A stretch of 60,039 nt of DNA, filler included, from Asterionella formosa (GCA_002256025.1; 4 parts of 4 records of this genome joined end to end with filler, not necessarily neighbours in it); one strand, 5' to 3'. Shown: positions 1 to 12,986, counted from the whole stretch's first letter. Notes: generated from the sequence alone by a model not told the origin. Numbers and translations are program-made.

Positions 1-448
1 TACCAGGTACCAGGTTTTTTCGCCGACCTCTGCTAAGAGCAACATGGTAATAATAAGGTTATTTATTGAGTTGTGTAATCTACAAGGGTTTACGTGACCG
101 TATAACTGTCCTGGAATTTCCTAGAAGTGTCGTCCCTACGCTTCGAAGAACATTTTGGTACCATGGTACACCAGGTTACAATTGTCGTCGCCTGAAAATC
201 CAAGCCAAGTCGATAGGATCCAAATCTATCTGTTTTACGAGGGTTTACGTCGCTGTAGGAAGGTTGTAGAACCTCGCATGTAGCGTCAATGTGCTTCGAT
301 GACCATGCAAACCTGAAAATACATAGAAGATTGTAGGGCTATTTACATAGTAGAAATCCAATTTGTGAGATATACGAAGTTCTCAAATGTTTTGGCTCAC
401 AAAATTTATCAAGAAATTTAAGACATTGTCGCAACAATCTTCATTGTC

Positions 449-1127
449 ATGGTCAAGATTGCCATTATCCAGTATTCACTCTACGGCCATGTCTCCACTC
501 TCAGCGAATCTATCGCCAAGGGTGCTCGCGAAGCTGGTGCCGAAGTTGACATTTTCCAGGTGGCCGAAACTTTGCCAGACGGTGTCTTGGAAAAGATGCA
601 TGCACCTCCGAAGCCAAACTACCCCATTATGACGGCCGAAAAGATGCCTGAGTATGATGGTTTTCTTTTTGGAATGTCTGGAAGATATGGCTCTTTTCCG
701 GCACAGATGAAGACGTTCATGGACTCCACAGGCTCACTCTGGATGAATGGTGCCCTGGTTGGAAAAGCAGCTGGAACCTTCGTCAGCGTTGGTACCCAGG
801 GGGGCGGTCAAGAAACTGTTGGTCTAAGTGCCATCCCTTATTTTACTCATATGGGTAAGTTTTTCGGATGTAACTCATTTTTTATTCCTTGTTGCGTGAA
901 TGCTTATTATTACCATTATGCTTCCATTAGTAGGCATGGTCTTTGTACCCCTTGGATATGTCGAGCCAAAGGTTTTTACCTTTGATGAAGTCCACGGATC
1001 TTCTGCGTATGGATCAGGTACTTTTGCTGGTCCTGATGGCTCTCGTAAGCCTTCCCAGTTGGAGCTTGATATTGGTGAGAGTCACGGCAAACACTTTACC
1101 AAGATTGCCACCAAGCTTGCAGCTTAA
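449..1127 (+). CDS. wrbA: Flavodoxin-like NAD(P)H:quinone oxidoreductase (WrbA/FQR1 type); 2 exons, intron 855-933
   Basis: Motifs YSLYGHV, GRYGSFPAQMKTFMDSTG and STQGGGQET-like GTQGGGQET, with C-terminal GSSAYGSGTFAGPDGSRKPSQLEL. An intron GTAAGT...TAG joins ORF 449 to ORF 900 in frame (HMG|MVFVPLG). Confidence 0.95.
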
Positions 1128-3992
1128 TTGTTGATTGACACTACCAGCCTATGTTAATAGCCTATCTGACTTAACCTATATCTAACCATCATGCTTGGAA
1201 TGGTCTAAAATCGATTTCGTTACCATTTCTAACATCAATATTTCCGCTGAAAGGCAGACATTTGAAAGGTGATAGGCAGAGCTGATATTTTTCATAATAG
1301 TCCATCATGTATTCATACTCATCGTTTGTTCTGGTGGTGAAAAAACTAACAGATTGGCAGATATATAAAGACAACACACTGTACCTCGGAGCTAGCTATG
1401 GGTAGAATACTACTACTTAAGTGCTACAGTGTGAGGTCTCATTAGTATCTTAATAGCTAAGGTGCGTAACTCGTGATATGAATAATTTGGTTCACATGAA
1501 TTAACGCCACTTTCTCAGAAAATAATGTTGCGCTTAACGGTTTCATGTAAATTTTAACAGTTAACATTGAACTCAAGATTGAATAAGTTGATATTTTAAA
1601 TAATTCCTTTCGAAGTTCAACTAATATTCTACTTGGAAGGATAACTAATTTGAGATGCGCATAATTTACAAAAATTAACTAAATGAATAGTGTCTACCTT
1701 CATGCAAAGATGCTCAAAGTTTTACGTCTGTATACATGAAGGAAAGTAATATAAACTATTCTGTATAGCTAGTTTGCTTAATCTTCCCAACGATGAACAG
1801 GAGCTATGGCTACTCTGTTGATGCTTTCAGTTTAAATACCCATACTTTGACTAGCTATAGGAATGACTGCTAGTTTAGTACAATAGGGACTACTGTTCTA
1901 TCCGTATTACTAATATCATGCTACAAATGCAGCTGCGTACAAAGGAATGTATCTTTACACCGACATAAAAGTATAGTTAATCTTGTTTTATAATAAACAA
2001 TGTACATTGAATTCATTCTTAGCCGACTGACAAAAGATACTAGTTTTGACTAGATATCTTGTTCGCTAGGTACTTCATTCCATTGTTGGCATCAACATAT
2101 CGTCTTTTATATTGCTTACCTTGAATACCAGTCCTTTTTTGCATTAGTCATGTCAAATGCATGTTCAAAGGGCAGATCAATTTGAGTTGTGTTCATGAAT
2201 TTTTTGGATATAACAAAATAATTTCGAAAATATAAATCTCAAAATCAATGGCTCTGGAGCCAAAATCACTGCAAATGTGTGAAGTATGCATCTACAGTCC
2301 AGATTAGTTTTATGTGATAAACTACCTAGTTTGCAACAATAGGATCATGTTCTCCAGAACTGCATTCATATGTAGCATTAGGGGCAAAAAAGGATAAGCT
2401 GTGTGTATCGTGATGCATCATGACAAATTTGATGATAGCACCACCCTTCGAAACACTGTAACTAGCTAGCTACTGCAAGGTTGTTGAGGAGGGCACCATA
2501 GAGTACTTATTCAACAGGGATTGAGAAACACAATCTGAAGTGATGGTTCAGGCTGCTGGAAGAGCCTGACTTGCTTGCAGAGGATAGTTCCGAACAGCAG
2601 CAGAACATTGGCATAAGACAAATGGCACGCCAATCAACAATTATCAGCAATTAGTTCCCAGGTAAGCGGCCAGCTAGTATGAACAATTTGACAGTGATGA
2701 CCTTGGTAGACGACCTAATATCCTTAAGGGGCACTCCCACCAAGAGCGATCTGAAAGGATGAGGAGAGGGACCATCAGGAGTGTGATAGGTGGAGGAACC
2801 ATATGAAGAGAACCTAACTAGAGGTTCCATATTCATTTAGGGGGTCACTATCCAAGCCAGCCAGTCAATTTTGGCTTGGCAACAGCTATCAAAAGGATCA
2901 TGGGTCAAAGAAGTGGATCACATGACCGAGGGGGAGGAATTCAGGTGGCTGGCGGACTACTATGTGCTGCAAGCCACCAGAAGAACAGCATGGTCACTTG
3001 GGATGACCTATTAGCTAGTAGGGGGTTAAGGATTCATAGTGGGTGCCGAGTGGTGCATGCAGAGAGGCACAGAATGATGGGAAATAGATTGTGCAATGAA
3101 CTCTCATGACAACAAGATATAGGGATAATCATGGGCCACTGGTATCAAGTAGCCAGTCAGAAGAACCGCAGAGGGAGGAGGGTGGTGGTGTGCACCCACA
3201 GGTAGGAATGGGTGCATCATGATGGTGTGGTGGTGCTGGGTACCACAAGCAAAGGAGTTGATCCACCAAGCTTGCCATAATCAGCATTGTTCACATCAGT
3301 TGGCAATGGAGATTACATGACTGACCTTGTAATCCAGGAGTGATCAACAACCTGTAAGGAAGAGGAGAGATAATAACTTGTGTCTGATTGTTTTAGATAA
3401 AGTTAATTGGCAGCAGTATTGTTGCATGGCTACTAAGAAGGAACATGTGTGAAGTACCAACAAAAGAGACCCGCTCATGTAAAAGCCTGTCATTGAAATA
3501 CCGGTATGTCACATGATCTACCGGCATACTGTTCTGTCCTCAGAGAAATTGCCGATTTAATCGTGCGCGCCTTTCGCCCCTTGGAAATCAAGCTCGTTTT
3601 ATTGTTGGTTGTGTTCCTGGGAACACTATTATACATTCTTCTATTACCGGTATGCATACGGTAAATGCTTGGCTCATAAAGCGAAACCTGTAAAAATATC
3701 CACACTTTTCGAAACGGAATGGAAGCCCCACCGGAGTATCAGAGGAACGATACGGGTGCTGATGTCGAGGTTGCTGTTCCAATTGATAATGGTGAGCTAA
3801 AGAATCGCAGTCCTGTTTGAGCGATGTATTTAGTGTTCATTGCACCTGCACTCACCATTTGCTTTTCATTGTTAATTCTACATATTTCATCATACAGACA
3901 CGAAGGCCCAACAAAAGCTCGTTATTCCAACTTGTTCCACTACTAGCACCTCTGATAAATGTTCAACCGTGACCCTCTCGGAGTCGTCGGTA

Positions 3993-5021
3993 ATGGAAGC
4001 GGAAGAGAGAACAGCTGAAACAGATCTGCCAACGAGTGACAGGTCGACAGAGGTGGAGGCCTTGGAACCTCCAGCGACAGAAAGCGGTGCTGAGAGTGTT
4101 CTGAACGCAAGGCGAAGACATCGAAACAAGAAGATATTTATCGCTTTGTGCATGCTATGTTTTATTATTTATCTCATTGTCGATGCGGTTACAATGGGCA
4201 ATGTTCGAAGTGCACTTAAAAGCTTTCTCAAATGGATCGAAGCTAATCCAATTCTGGGTATTTTTGTATTCATGTTTGGCTACCTTTTATCTGTTGGTGA
4301 GTTGCTTTTTAGTACATGATTAGGGGGCGAACTAGAGTTTCGAGTACTCACTTCGTTTCAATAACTTCCAGTCCTTGTGATACCTGGATCGATCTTGACG
4401 TTGGGTGCCGGGTTCGTCTTTGCAAAGGCGTTTGGTTTGGCATTGGGAGTCGTGCTTGCTTCATTGTCCGTATTCCTTGGGGCATCGCTGGGAGCCATGC
4501 TAAGCTTCTTGTTGGGCCGTTACTTGCTTCGAGACTGGGTACAGGGCTTAGCCACGAAGTATTCCATTTTTGAAGCTTTAGAAATTGCGTTGAAGGAGAA
4601 AGGTTTCCGTATCATGGCGTTGCTGCGGTTACTCCCAATTATTCCTTTTATTGTTCTCAACTATATCGCTGGTGTGACATCCATATCGTTTTGGGACAAC
4701 ACTTTGGCCTTGTTTTTTACCTTACCAGGAACAGTCATCTACGTTTTCTTGGGGGCGTCCGCCGGGAGTCTTGCGGCTAGTGCCGGCTCTGGTGGCTTAA
4801 CACCCTTGACTATTGCCCTTATCGTTGGTGGGGTCATTTTTGGAATTTTTGCGATTTTGTTCATTACTTTCTATGCCCGAAAAGAACTCAACCGTGTGAT
4901 GGCAGCTCAGCAAGCCGATCAAGATGATGTTGAGCTGGTCGACAGTGCGCCTGTGGAAATGAATGATGATGTGAATCAAATGGAGGAAAGTTATTCAATA
5001 AGTGGAGAAGATGCAGTATAA
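3993..5021 (+). CDS. TVP38: TVP38/TMEM64 (VTT, SNARE-associated) membrane protein; intron 4297-4371
   Basis: IPGSILTLGAGFVF...GASLGAMLSFLLGRYLLRD...LLRLLPIIPF..LNY..G. Intron GTGAGT...CAG restores the frame. First ATG is at 3993. Confidence 0.9.
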
Positions 5022-5476
5022 TTTAAATGTTAACAATGCCATGCTGAGGAGTTCCACAAATTACCACTGTAAAATATTAATGCATTTACGAAATCTGTGA
5101 ATCGCCGCCTGAACACTCTATAATTAAGAGCATTTTACTAGGTCAACTGTGTTTGGTAAATCTTCTGTGCATGCATCAGATTATTTCCATTTTTCACATC
5201 TCTACGTTCAGGTTTCATCGCCAAGCACCGTTGTTGAGAACCATTCAAATGAGTTCTTCGCTTGAATGAATTGGAAATTTATCAACCTACGATGAGAATT
5301 TGACCACTATATGAACTAGTCCAAAAGAAAGAAAGTACTTGCAGAAATGACCATGTCACGCCTAGCTGCTACATTGCTTTCATCGTGGCGTCTTTCATAC
5401 ATTTGTGTCGATCCTGATAATATTGTGCTTGTTGGCGAAAGCTTTGTTCAGACCCATCTAACAAATTTGCCTCCTT

Positions 5477-7534
5477 TCATTGCACGGGTTTCCCAACCAA
5501 ATATCTTGTTTCGTAGCGCTCGTGAGGGTCATCGTTAATGCTGAAAGGTAACGTCAAGCCCCTCGTGCGTTTCAGTTGCCAGAGACGTCCAATTAATACT
5601 CCAGTGGCCAATGATATCATCAAGAAAAGCATGGATATTGCAAGCAACGCCGAGAAACTAATGTAGACATTCGAGGTTGGCGCTTGCGTTTTTTCGTATT
5701 CAGTTTCCGCTAGGATTTCATCAATGTTAACGCCAGTGAATGTCAAAAGATCAGCACTCTTATCCTGTGGTTTTAGTAAAGTCGGCAAAGCCGATGGAAA
5801 ACTCGGCTGGGAGACTGGCTTTGATGATGCTTCATGAACGACATTCGGAGAGTCCGCTGGTGCAAATGGAGACATCGCTGGTGACAATGCAAGAACGGGG
5901 CTTGAACTATTCGGCGGTGAAAGTGCCATTGGCGTTTCTTTCGAGGCTGACGGTATTGTGGGGCTAGTTGATGTTGGCTTCGATGACGAGGCCAATGTCG
6001 GGTAAGGGATAGGTAATGGCACCACCGAGCTGACGACTGATGGAATCAAGGATTTGGATAATATTGGAAAATGGGAAGTTCCCATGATTGGTGTTCGTGT
6101 TGGAACTAAAGTTGACACAGAAATCATTGACGGTGATATTGTCGGTGAGATATCATCAGGCCCGAATTCTATTCTTGTGATCTTACCAAAGCCATCGGCA
6201 AACCACAACTTCGAACCATCAATTGAAATCGAGAAACTTCCTTCAATCCTTTGCCGGCACGTTATGTCACCTGTTGCCACTATACAGCTGTGCTCCGCAA
6301 GTAATCTTCCCGTGAGTGCATCAAACTTTTGAATCAAGCCTTGCGACACATGTACAACGATGATAAAATTGTCATCATCAGATATTTTTATACTGCTTAA
6401 TGTCGGCGAAGTTCCTTGTCGTGTCCAAATCATGTTACCAGAGAATGCGTCAAGACAAATTATTGTGATCGAATCAACAATATTGTATACCAGCTTTCCA
6501 CTTGATGAAACAACGACCTTCGATTGCGTTTCTGGTGACGATTGAAAAGTCAGTTCAGAAGGTCGTAAAAGCACACTAAGAGGATAGGTTGACTTACGTG
6601 GACTTGCTGATCTTTTACCATCAGTTGTTATTGAATAGTCATGGCTCCAACTCGGGGATTTGGCAAAAGATTTACCGCTTGTCCACCCATTGAAAACGCT
6701 ACCTCCACCCTCAATCCACAATGACTTCCCATCTCGAGAAAGCGTAGGCGCAACAGTTGTACTCCATGGAGTTCTCCGAAGTCCCTCAACGGTACCGTCA
6801 CTGTATTTGTACAGTGTTCCAAAGCTCGCAGTCCCATCATTCCATGATTCGCCCCAATACACAGAATCTTTGCCATCTGCCGTGGAAATCGAAGCAGGCC
6901 CGAATGGAGCTTGTATGTCGGCAAACCCAAAACCACCTGCACCCTGCAGAGGAATTTCAGTAGAAATACTGACCCCGAATACATTATCCTCAATCATGGT
7001 TAACTTTCCAGCAAGATAGTCGTCCCCTGTATTATGGGTCACGTATATGCGCCTACCGTCAACTCCAATCTGAGGGGTTCCCATGGCAATCCCATCTATG
7101 ATAACTTGCCATCGTTGCAGCCCTTCTGAATTCACAGCAATGATCCTACTTGAAATGGTGTCTCCCACATCGAGGATTGCGTAGACCCCGTAGACGACAT
7201 GTCCATCTTGCTCATACAATTGGGCGTTCGATCGACTTTCTGTTTGCCGGTCCGTCAAGGACAAAGGCTTGTAGACTATTTCAGTGATATTACTAGGTTC
7301 AAGATTCGTCAAGAGATGCAGATACCCATCATCTGTGGTAACCCAAAGCGAGGATTCGTCTTGAGCAGCGATTACGCCATTGCCGTGTCGAACGGAACCG
7401 CTGCTGATTGTACCACTAGCTTCCAGCTGGTATTCCCATAATGTGGAAGGTATTGACAATGAATTGCTGTGACGGAGAGCGAGACTAAGGCACAGCCCCA
7501 AGAGCTCTGGTATTCTTCGTCGTGGTCGCTTCAT
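5477..7534 (-). CDS. Type I membrane/cell-surface protein: signal peptide, PQQ/WD-like beta-propeller, Pro/Ser/Thr stalk, one C-terminal TM helix; probable in-frame 66-nt intron 6532-6597
   Basis: Hydrophobic N-terminus; repeats such as IIAVNSEGLQRW, CLDAFSGNMIW and KFDALTGRLL; PTISPS/P-S-rich region; TM segment ISFSALLAISMLFLMISLATGVLI. GTAAGT...CTGAC...CAG lies inside the ORF. Confidence 0.75.
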   Translation of the reverse strand: MKRPRRRIPELLGLCLSLALRHSNSLSIPSTLWEYQLEASGTISSGSVRHGNGVIAAQDESSLWVTTDDGYLHLLTNLEPSNITEIVYKPLSLTDRQTESRSNAQLYEQDGHVVYGVYAILDVGDTISSRIIAVNSEGLQRWQVIIDGIAMGTPQIGVDGRRIYVTHNTGDDYLAGKLTMIEDNVFGVSISTEIPLQGAGGFGFADIQAPFGPASISTADGKDSVYWGESWNDGTASFGTLYKYSDGTVEGLRRTPWSTTVAPTLSRDGKSLWIEGGGSVFNGWTSGKSFAKSPSWSHDYSITTDGKRSASPRKSTYPLSVLLRPSELTFQSSPETQSKVVVSSSGKLVYNIVDSITIICLDAFSGNMIWTRQGTSPTLSSIKISDDDNFIIVVHVSQGLIQKFDALTGRLLAEHSCIVATGDITCRQRIEGSFSISIDGSKLWFADGFGKITRIEFGPDDISPTISPSMISVSTLVPTRTPIMGTSHFPILSKSLIPSVVSSVVPLPIPYPTLASSSKPTSTSPTIPSASKETPMALSPPNSSSPVLALSPAMSPFAPADSPNVVHEASSKPVSQPSFPSALPTLLKPQDKSADLLTFTGVNIDEILAETEYEKTQAPTSNVYISFSALLAISMLFLMISLATGVLIGRLWQLKRTRGLTLPFSINDDPHERYETRYLVGKPVQ

Positions 7535-7894
7535 GCTGTGTAAGATGGTTCAGGGATTGTAATGTATCGAAGGATTGTCGTAACGGATGGCGATTAAGGG
7601 GAAAGGAGGAGCAGCAGCATACATCTGACTGCAGTCGAATGTTTGCTTCAGTTTCCACGCTTTTTTCGACCGATTCGAGTCAATGACAAGAAACCTTGGG
7701 CATGCACTTTTACTCCTCAAGTCTGACATCTTCACAGTATTGGCCAGCGGATAAGGTGCACAGTACAGTTGATGTTTATGAAGTTCAATGTATTGTACAT
7801 CGTGAGCGTTGATGCGTTGAACGGATCAAGTATGATGCAGGCGGCAGACGAGGCGCACGGTGGTTCATATCAATAACCCATTAAGGATACCAGG

Positions 7895-7982
7895 CAAGTT
7901 GCGGTAATTGTGCTGAAACATAAACTTTAGCTATCTTTATCCCATATTAAATTGTTTATTTAAGCAAAATGACCGCAGCTTG
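7895..7982. mobile_element. ~88-bp inverted-repeat (MITE-like) element, copy 1
   Basis: Ends CAAGTTGCGGTAATT...AATGACCGCAGCTTG. Core TTTATCCCATATTAAATTG is shared with copies at 19314, 22895, 47693 and 47930. Confidence 0.75.
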
Positions 7983-8454
7983 AAAGGGAGATATTAAAAT
8001 ACCTCCATTACATGCATGGTGAGTGAGAATTAGACTCTACTGGTAAAGGGACTTAAGTCGTCCTATTCGTCTGGTGATCGAGATATTTAGCTGAATCTTG
8101 TCTTGAGTAAAGAACGTGTTTTAAGGGACTGTCCAGGTGATGATTCTACCTGGTACCTGGTACCAGGGTACCCACCGACATAAAACCCGAGCGAGCTGTA
8201 TTTAATTGTACCAGGTATCGGTATATGCATACCATGTAGATCAATAAAGTCGCGTGAAGTTTGAAACGCTGCCATTGGGATGGCTGACAGGATTGTGCCT
8301 TTGAAACCTATCTGGTGGTAGAGGTTCTATCTTTGGCATCAAAGTAATGGAAAGGATAATCATGCACAATCTATTTCTAGCTATGAGCATTGTCACAGTG
8401 TGGCATCCTCCCTTTCATCAGAAGGAAGCACTTGATCACATGCATTGGTTTTCA

Positions 8455-8772
8455 AAAGAGGCCAAGTATGAGTGACTTGCAGTGGATGATTTGATTGCTC
8501 AACAAAAACACCTAAGCATGAGTCATTAAGCAATTCAATTGCAAGCAGTGTTCAAAGGATTTGAAACACTTTTTGCTGGAAAATTAAAGAAATATTTAGG
8601 AAGAAAATCCATTTGGAAATCAAGGATAGAACAAGACCAGTACACTGTAAACCTTTTTCCAGTACCTCATTAACACTCAGAAGTGTTGAAGAAAGAATGT
8701 AAAAGGCTGTGTGAAGGGGATGTGCTAGAACTGGTGGAAGCAACTGAACATGCCTACCCAACCTTTATTGTT
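8455..8772 (+). mobile_element. Decayed Ty3/Gypsy pol fragment (segment just N-terminal of the RT core)
   Basis: Manual translation across 2 frameshifts and 2 stops: KEAKYE...QQKHLS...FETLFAGKL..Y/IHLEIKDRTRPVHCKP/FPVPH*..VLKKECKRLCEGDVLE...EHAYPTFIV. This matches the Gypsy pre-RT pattern (P.....YPVP....K.E..RL...GVL....S.WASP.F.V). Confidence 0.7.
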
Positions 8773-8896
8773 CTATTTTCCTATCAAAGGGGTTAACAGC
8801 TTTGATACAGAAACCATAGTACTGGTTGCTTTGCAAGCAGGGTTTCACATATGGCCTGGGGTATTGCAAAGCAGTGTGGGTCTCCTTGAAACACAA

Positions 8897-10867
8897 TCAC
8901 CTCTTCTTAATAACCTTTCGTCGTCGAACAAGCTCTGGACTACTTTCTCTTTTTTCTGGAAGCGTGCTTTTAAACACAACATTGTGAAGGGCGTTACTGT
9001 CACGCAGCCAGAGTTGAAAGTGCATTAATGCCGGATCCATTTCTGCAAACAGTCCACTACCCATGGGGTGCTTGCGGTGAAAGGCAGGAATCTGGCTAGG
9101 GTCAGAGACATGTTCCAAAAAGAGATGTGCATAACACATTGCAAGTAACAGAAAACCAAGCAAAAGACAAGTAAAGATAAATTTCCAGGACACATGGTTT
9201 GAGATGGGCGCTGCCTGGTTTGTAGAAAATGGCAAGCGCTTCTTCATCAAGGATCGCATCCGCTCTAATGATATTAATCGTTTCTCTTTACGTATCATGG
9301 CCAATGTTTCCAAAACCAGTAACGGGTTGGATAAGCCACTTGTTCTATTCAATACGAATTTCTTCTTGCCCTCCATAATTGCCCGAATCACCGCTCGTGC
9401 TATATCATTGCCTCTCGCCGATGTAACCCATCCTCCTTTCGCAAAGGCATCAAGTTTCTGGTCCTTCTTGGGGATACAGATCAACGGCAATCCTGTTACT
9501 ATTGATGGCAAAGTAGAATATTGATCACAATGAGACACCACGACGGCCATTCCAGTATGTCGCGTAATGGCCTCCAATATATGACTGGATTCCACTGCCA
9601 AAAACGAAGGAATGAGTTCAGGGACGTAAGGTACTGGCCATCCTTCTACTAACATGACAGCCCTCAAGTCAGCTTTCAGCTGAAATGCTAAACATTCAGG
9701 TGACCCTTCCTTTAGGTCGCATGCCAAAGATGCCTGTTGTTGAAAGGACATGCGAGCCAAATTAATGCCTCTAAGGATCGCTCTGGATTCGGTCAGCGTG
9801 AGATCCATTGGCATAATTGCAACTGTTATATTGTGTCTCATGGGAAAGTTACGGTCGCAAGAAACGCATTGAGGTGTAAAAGGAAAAATTGGGCGAATAT
9901 TTGCAGGCAATGAGTGTTTGTAATCAATGGGAGGGTATAGGAGCACTTCAACCGCAGAATCGAAATAATCTGAAGGTAATGAAAAGAGCTTAAGACCTAG
10001 ATGCTTTCGAATTTGATTCATTTGCGAGAATTGCCAACCAAGGCGGAATTGTTTTACACGTCGTTGCAAAGCGTCCCAAACTCCTTGCCAAGGTGGATTT
10101 TCTCCTGTTATTAGATCCAGGTGGTTTGGAGTTGCAAGCATAACGATGGGTACCTTTAGGAGTTCAGCCCAAAAGACTCCTGCTGCATTTGATGCGTCCA
10201 CCTGAAGCGATAGTCAGCAGAAGGGTGATGCGGCTTTGTCCTATATAACTCAGACTAAACTCACCAATATCAATTCATATTTGATTGATTCTCTTGAAGT
10301 TTCTTGTATCGTCTTCAAAATAGGTTCAACCAATGACACTTGCGCAAAAGGTGATTTGTCTTCTACCAAACTCGAACGGTGCAATCCACCCTCACAGAGG
10401 CCCAAATCATTCAATTCAATCGACTTTCCCAGCAAGGGTTTGTTACCCGCCATCACTACATCGCAGGGCATTGCATTCATGATGGTAATGGCAATCTTGG
10501 AAATTATATCTGTCGGGGTATCATTCCGGCAGGAGCTGTCGTGAAGATAATGTACGTCCACAAAATGCCCTCGTATGATCCAATTGGCCGCCAGTGTCAC
10601 GAGCGGATGGACCATACGCTCGCGCGAGATATCCATCCATGGGCTTATTACAATAGCAATTCTGGACGCATTTGTTTGTGACTTTGAATGGTAGGAGGGT
10701 CGGTATGACTGGCATATTTCGCACGTGCTGTCTCGCAGGGCAGCCATCATCGTGTCGGGGCTGGAAAAAAGGTCACCCCAACATCGTCGCTCGACTTGGG
10801 CGCTGGTTAGCGAGATGAAGAAAAGAAGGGCCAATATGGCCGAGAAAATGTTGATTGTTTCATTCAT
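8897..10867 (-). CDS. UDP-glycosyltransferase (GT1)-like membrane protein with a degenerate signature; intron 10202-10264
   Basis: Signal peptide; PLVTLAANWIIRGHFVDV; spliced junction YELIL|VDASNAAGVFWAELLKVP; UGT-signature-like VVVSHCDQYSTLPSIVTGLPLICIPKKDQ; C-terminal TM. Intron is GTGAGT...CTGAC...CAG. Confidence 0.65.
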
Positions 10868-11570
10868 TGTAGAGCGCTTATGGATATACCGCTATTGTTA
10901 TGAAGAAAATGCAGCGCTACACCGACATGGTCATGGCGGGACGAGCCAAAGAAATGAGAAATGTATTGTGCGGCATGGTTAACAAAAGGATGCAGGAAGT
11001 ATACCACTTTGGATCAAAACGTATCTTTTTAAAAAAAAAACATTAGTACGGGATCAAAATTCTGGCGCATGGTAATTCGATCGATCAGAAATGATCATAT
11101 CACCAAAAGCACCATCAAAAACGTTAAATGTTTTGGTTTTATTGCATTCTTTCGAAGCTGCCCGGTAGAATTAGCTAGTAAAGTATCCCTTTTAGCTTTT
11201 CGTAAGCATTAGCGACAGGTAGTCTACATACTGTACTAGACACCAGGCACCGGTACGCCCTCCGGAGTACATACATGTACGTACAGCCATACATAGAATA
11301 ATAATTTTTAAGCAATACAAACCGGTACCGGTAGTTTCATTTGCTTATGATGATAATTTATATTCATACCGGACGATATTAGAGTACCTATAAAACAAAA
11401 TGAAAAATAAATAATAACAAGCACAATGCACATCATACACAGGACCGGCAGTAGTGTTTCCCACACCACAACAGCCTTGTCTCCATTCTAAAAGAAATCT
11501 CATGACATGGACCAACCACATCGCTATCCTCAGCTATTATAAACACAACTTTAGCCATTTTTCTGTCCGC

Positions 11571-12353
11571 ATGTCTTCTTTTCACCTCTCAGCCAAAGAC
11601 AGCAAGAAACGCAAGTCGTACGGCTTACAGAAGGTTTCAAACGTTTTTGGTGGGGGAGACTCGTCTTCGGAAGAAGACGACAAAGGCAAGAATCATGTCA
11701 ATCGACAACTTCGCCACGAACAAGATGCCCTCCGTCAACGAGCTGCATCGGCGATGTATGACTTTGACGGTACATATGAAACACCAAAGACTTTGGTAAG
11801 CGAAGTCAAGGACAACAAACCTCGATACATTACCGATCTTTTACAACAAGCTAAACGGCGGAAACAAGAACGAGAGCTTGTGCATGAACGCAAGGTGGCA
11901 AGAGAGCTAACCGAAGAGGATGCTGATTATGCCGGAAAAGAGAAATTCATCACGTCGGCATATAAGCAAAAACTAGCGGAACGGGAAGCGTGGACTCGAC
12001 AAGACAAGCTACAAGAGGAACAGGAGCGACTCGAGGATGTGACGAAACAGACTAGTTTGGCTGGCTTTTATGCGAATTTGAATCAGAATGTGGCCTTGGG
12101 AGGACGGGTTGCAAAAGCAGAGGAGGAACCTGAGAAGGAGGAGTTTCCAAATATGCTTATTTTGACAGATGGCGTTGAAAGAGCCGAGAAGGATCTACCA
12201 ACAACGGAAGCCGAACACAAACCTTCAACATCAGATCCTCCCACTATATCAATGCGACAAATCAGGCTAGAGAAGATGGAAATGGCTCGGGCAAGATACT
12301 TACAACGACGAGGTATGACTCCAGAAGAAGCGACAAAAGAGCGTCTCCAATAA
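11571..12353 (+). CDS. NSRP1: Nuclear speckle splicing regulatory protein 1 (CCDC55/DUF2040-like)
   Basis: YDFDGTYE...KPRYITDLLQQAKRRKQERELVHERKV..E......YAGKEKFITSAYKQKLAE and C-terminal ARARYLQRR. First strong ATG is at 11571. Confidence 0.85.
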   Translation: MSSFHLSAKDSKKRKSYGLQKVSNVFGGGDSSSEEDDKGKNHVNRQLRHEQDALRQRAASAMYDFDGTYETPKTLVSEVKDNKPRYITDLLQQAKRRKQERELVHERKVARELTEEDADYAGKEKFITSAYKQKLAEREAWTRQDKLQEEQERLEDVTKQTSLAGFYANLNQNVALGGRVAKAEEEPEKEEFPNMLILTDGVERAEKDLPTTEAEHKPSTSDPPTISMRQIRLEKMEMARARYLQRRGMTPEEATKERLQ

Positions 12354-12452
12354 TCAAAGAACTCGTTTCACTTCTGATACCCACACGCAGTAATTACTCG
12401 TTCGTTACTTGTTATGCTACTCGGTTTGTAATGGTCCTCTCTGATGACATGC

Positions 12453-12986
12453 TCAAAAAGTAGCCCCATCAGCTGGCTGGCGCAATCTTCTGTTCTGATC
12501 CGAGCACATTTCATTTCGGATGGCACCGAGCACTTGTTCAATTCCCATGTTACGGTTCCAGTTTCGAATTGCATTGATCTTGTTCGGAATGACAACCCCC
12601 GATTTGGGGTCCACGCACGTCATGTTGACTTTGCTAACAAATCTGACTTCTGGAGGAACCGCGGGGTACTTTTCAGGGCAGTGGATTCGCAATTCATAGA
12701 AGCGCCCATCGTGTTGGGTCTGGATAATGTTGTGGAAGGGTGAGTTATTAAATTACCCCTAACCCTATAGATCTGAAAGCCCGTGCTTTTTGCAATAAAA
12801 CTAAGAACTTACGCCGTGAGGACCCAGTATACCGCCGTTCCAATGCGAAAGAAAAGTATCACCGCTGTCGACGAGACCAAATGAAATTGACATGTCCCCT
12901 ACCCCTTTCTCACTTCTCTCAAGCTCTTCGAGGAGCTTGAAATTACGAGGGACAATTACAACTTCTCCTGCCGGTGTCTTTTGCAT
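12453..12986 (-). CDS. MMS2: Ubiquitin-conjugating enzyme E2 variant (UEV1/Mms2); intron 12720-12812
   Basis: VPRNFKLLEELERSEKGVGDMSISFGL...WNGGILGPHG|TQHDGRFYELRIHCPEKYPAVPPEVRFVSKVNMTCVD...LRQPADG. Intron is GTAAGT...CAG. Confidence 0.95.

Noticed and set aside
928..933. TAGTAG tandem splice acceptor in wrbA
   Set aside because: Would add only one Val; common, and not assessable without RNA data.
12756..12767. Telomeric repeat (CCCCTAACCCTA; also GGTTAGGGTTA near 16083)
   Set aside because: Two units or fewer and internal (one is in an intron); compatible with chance.
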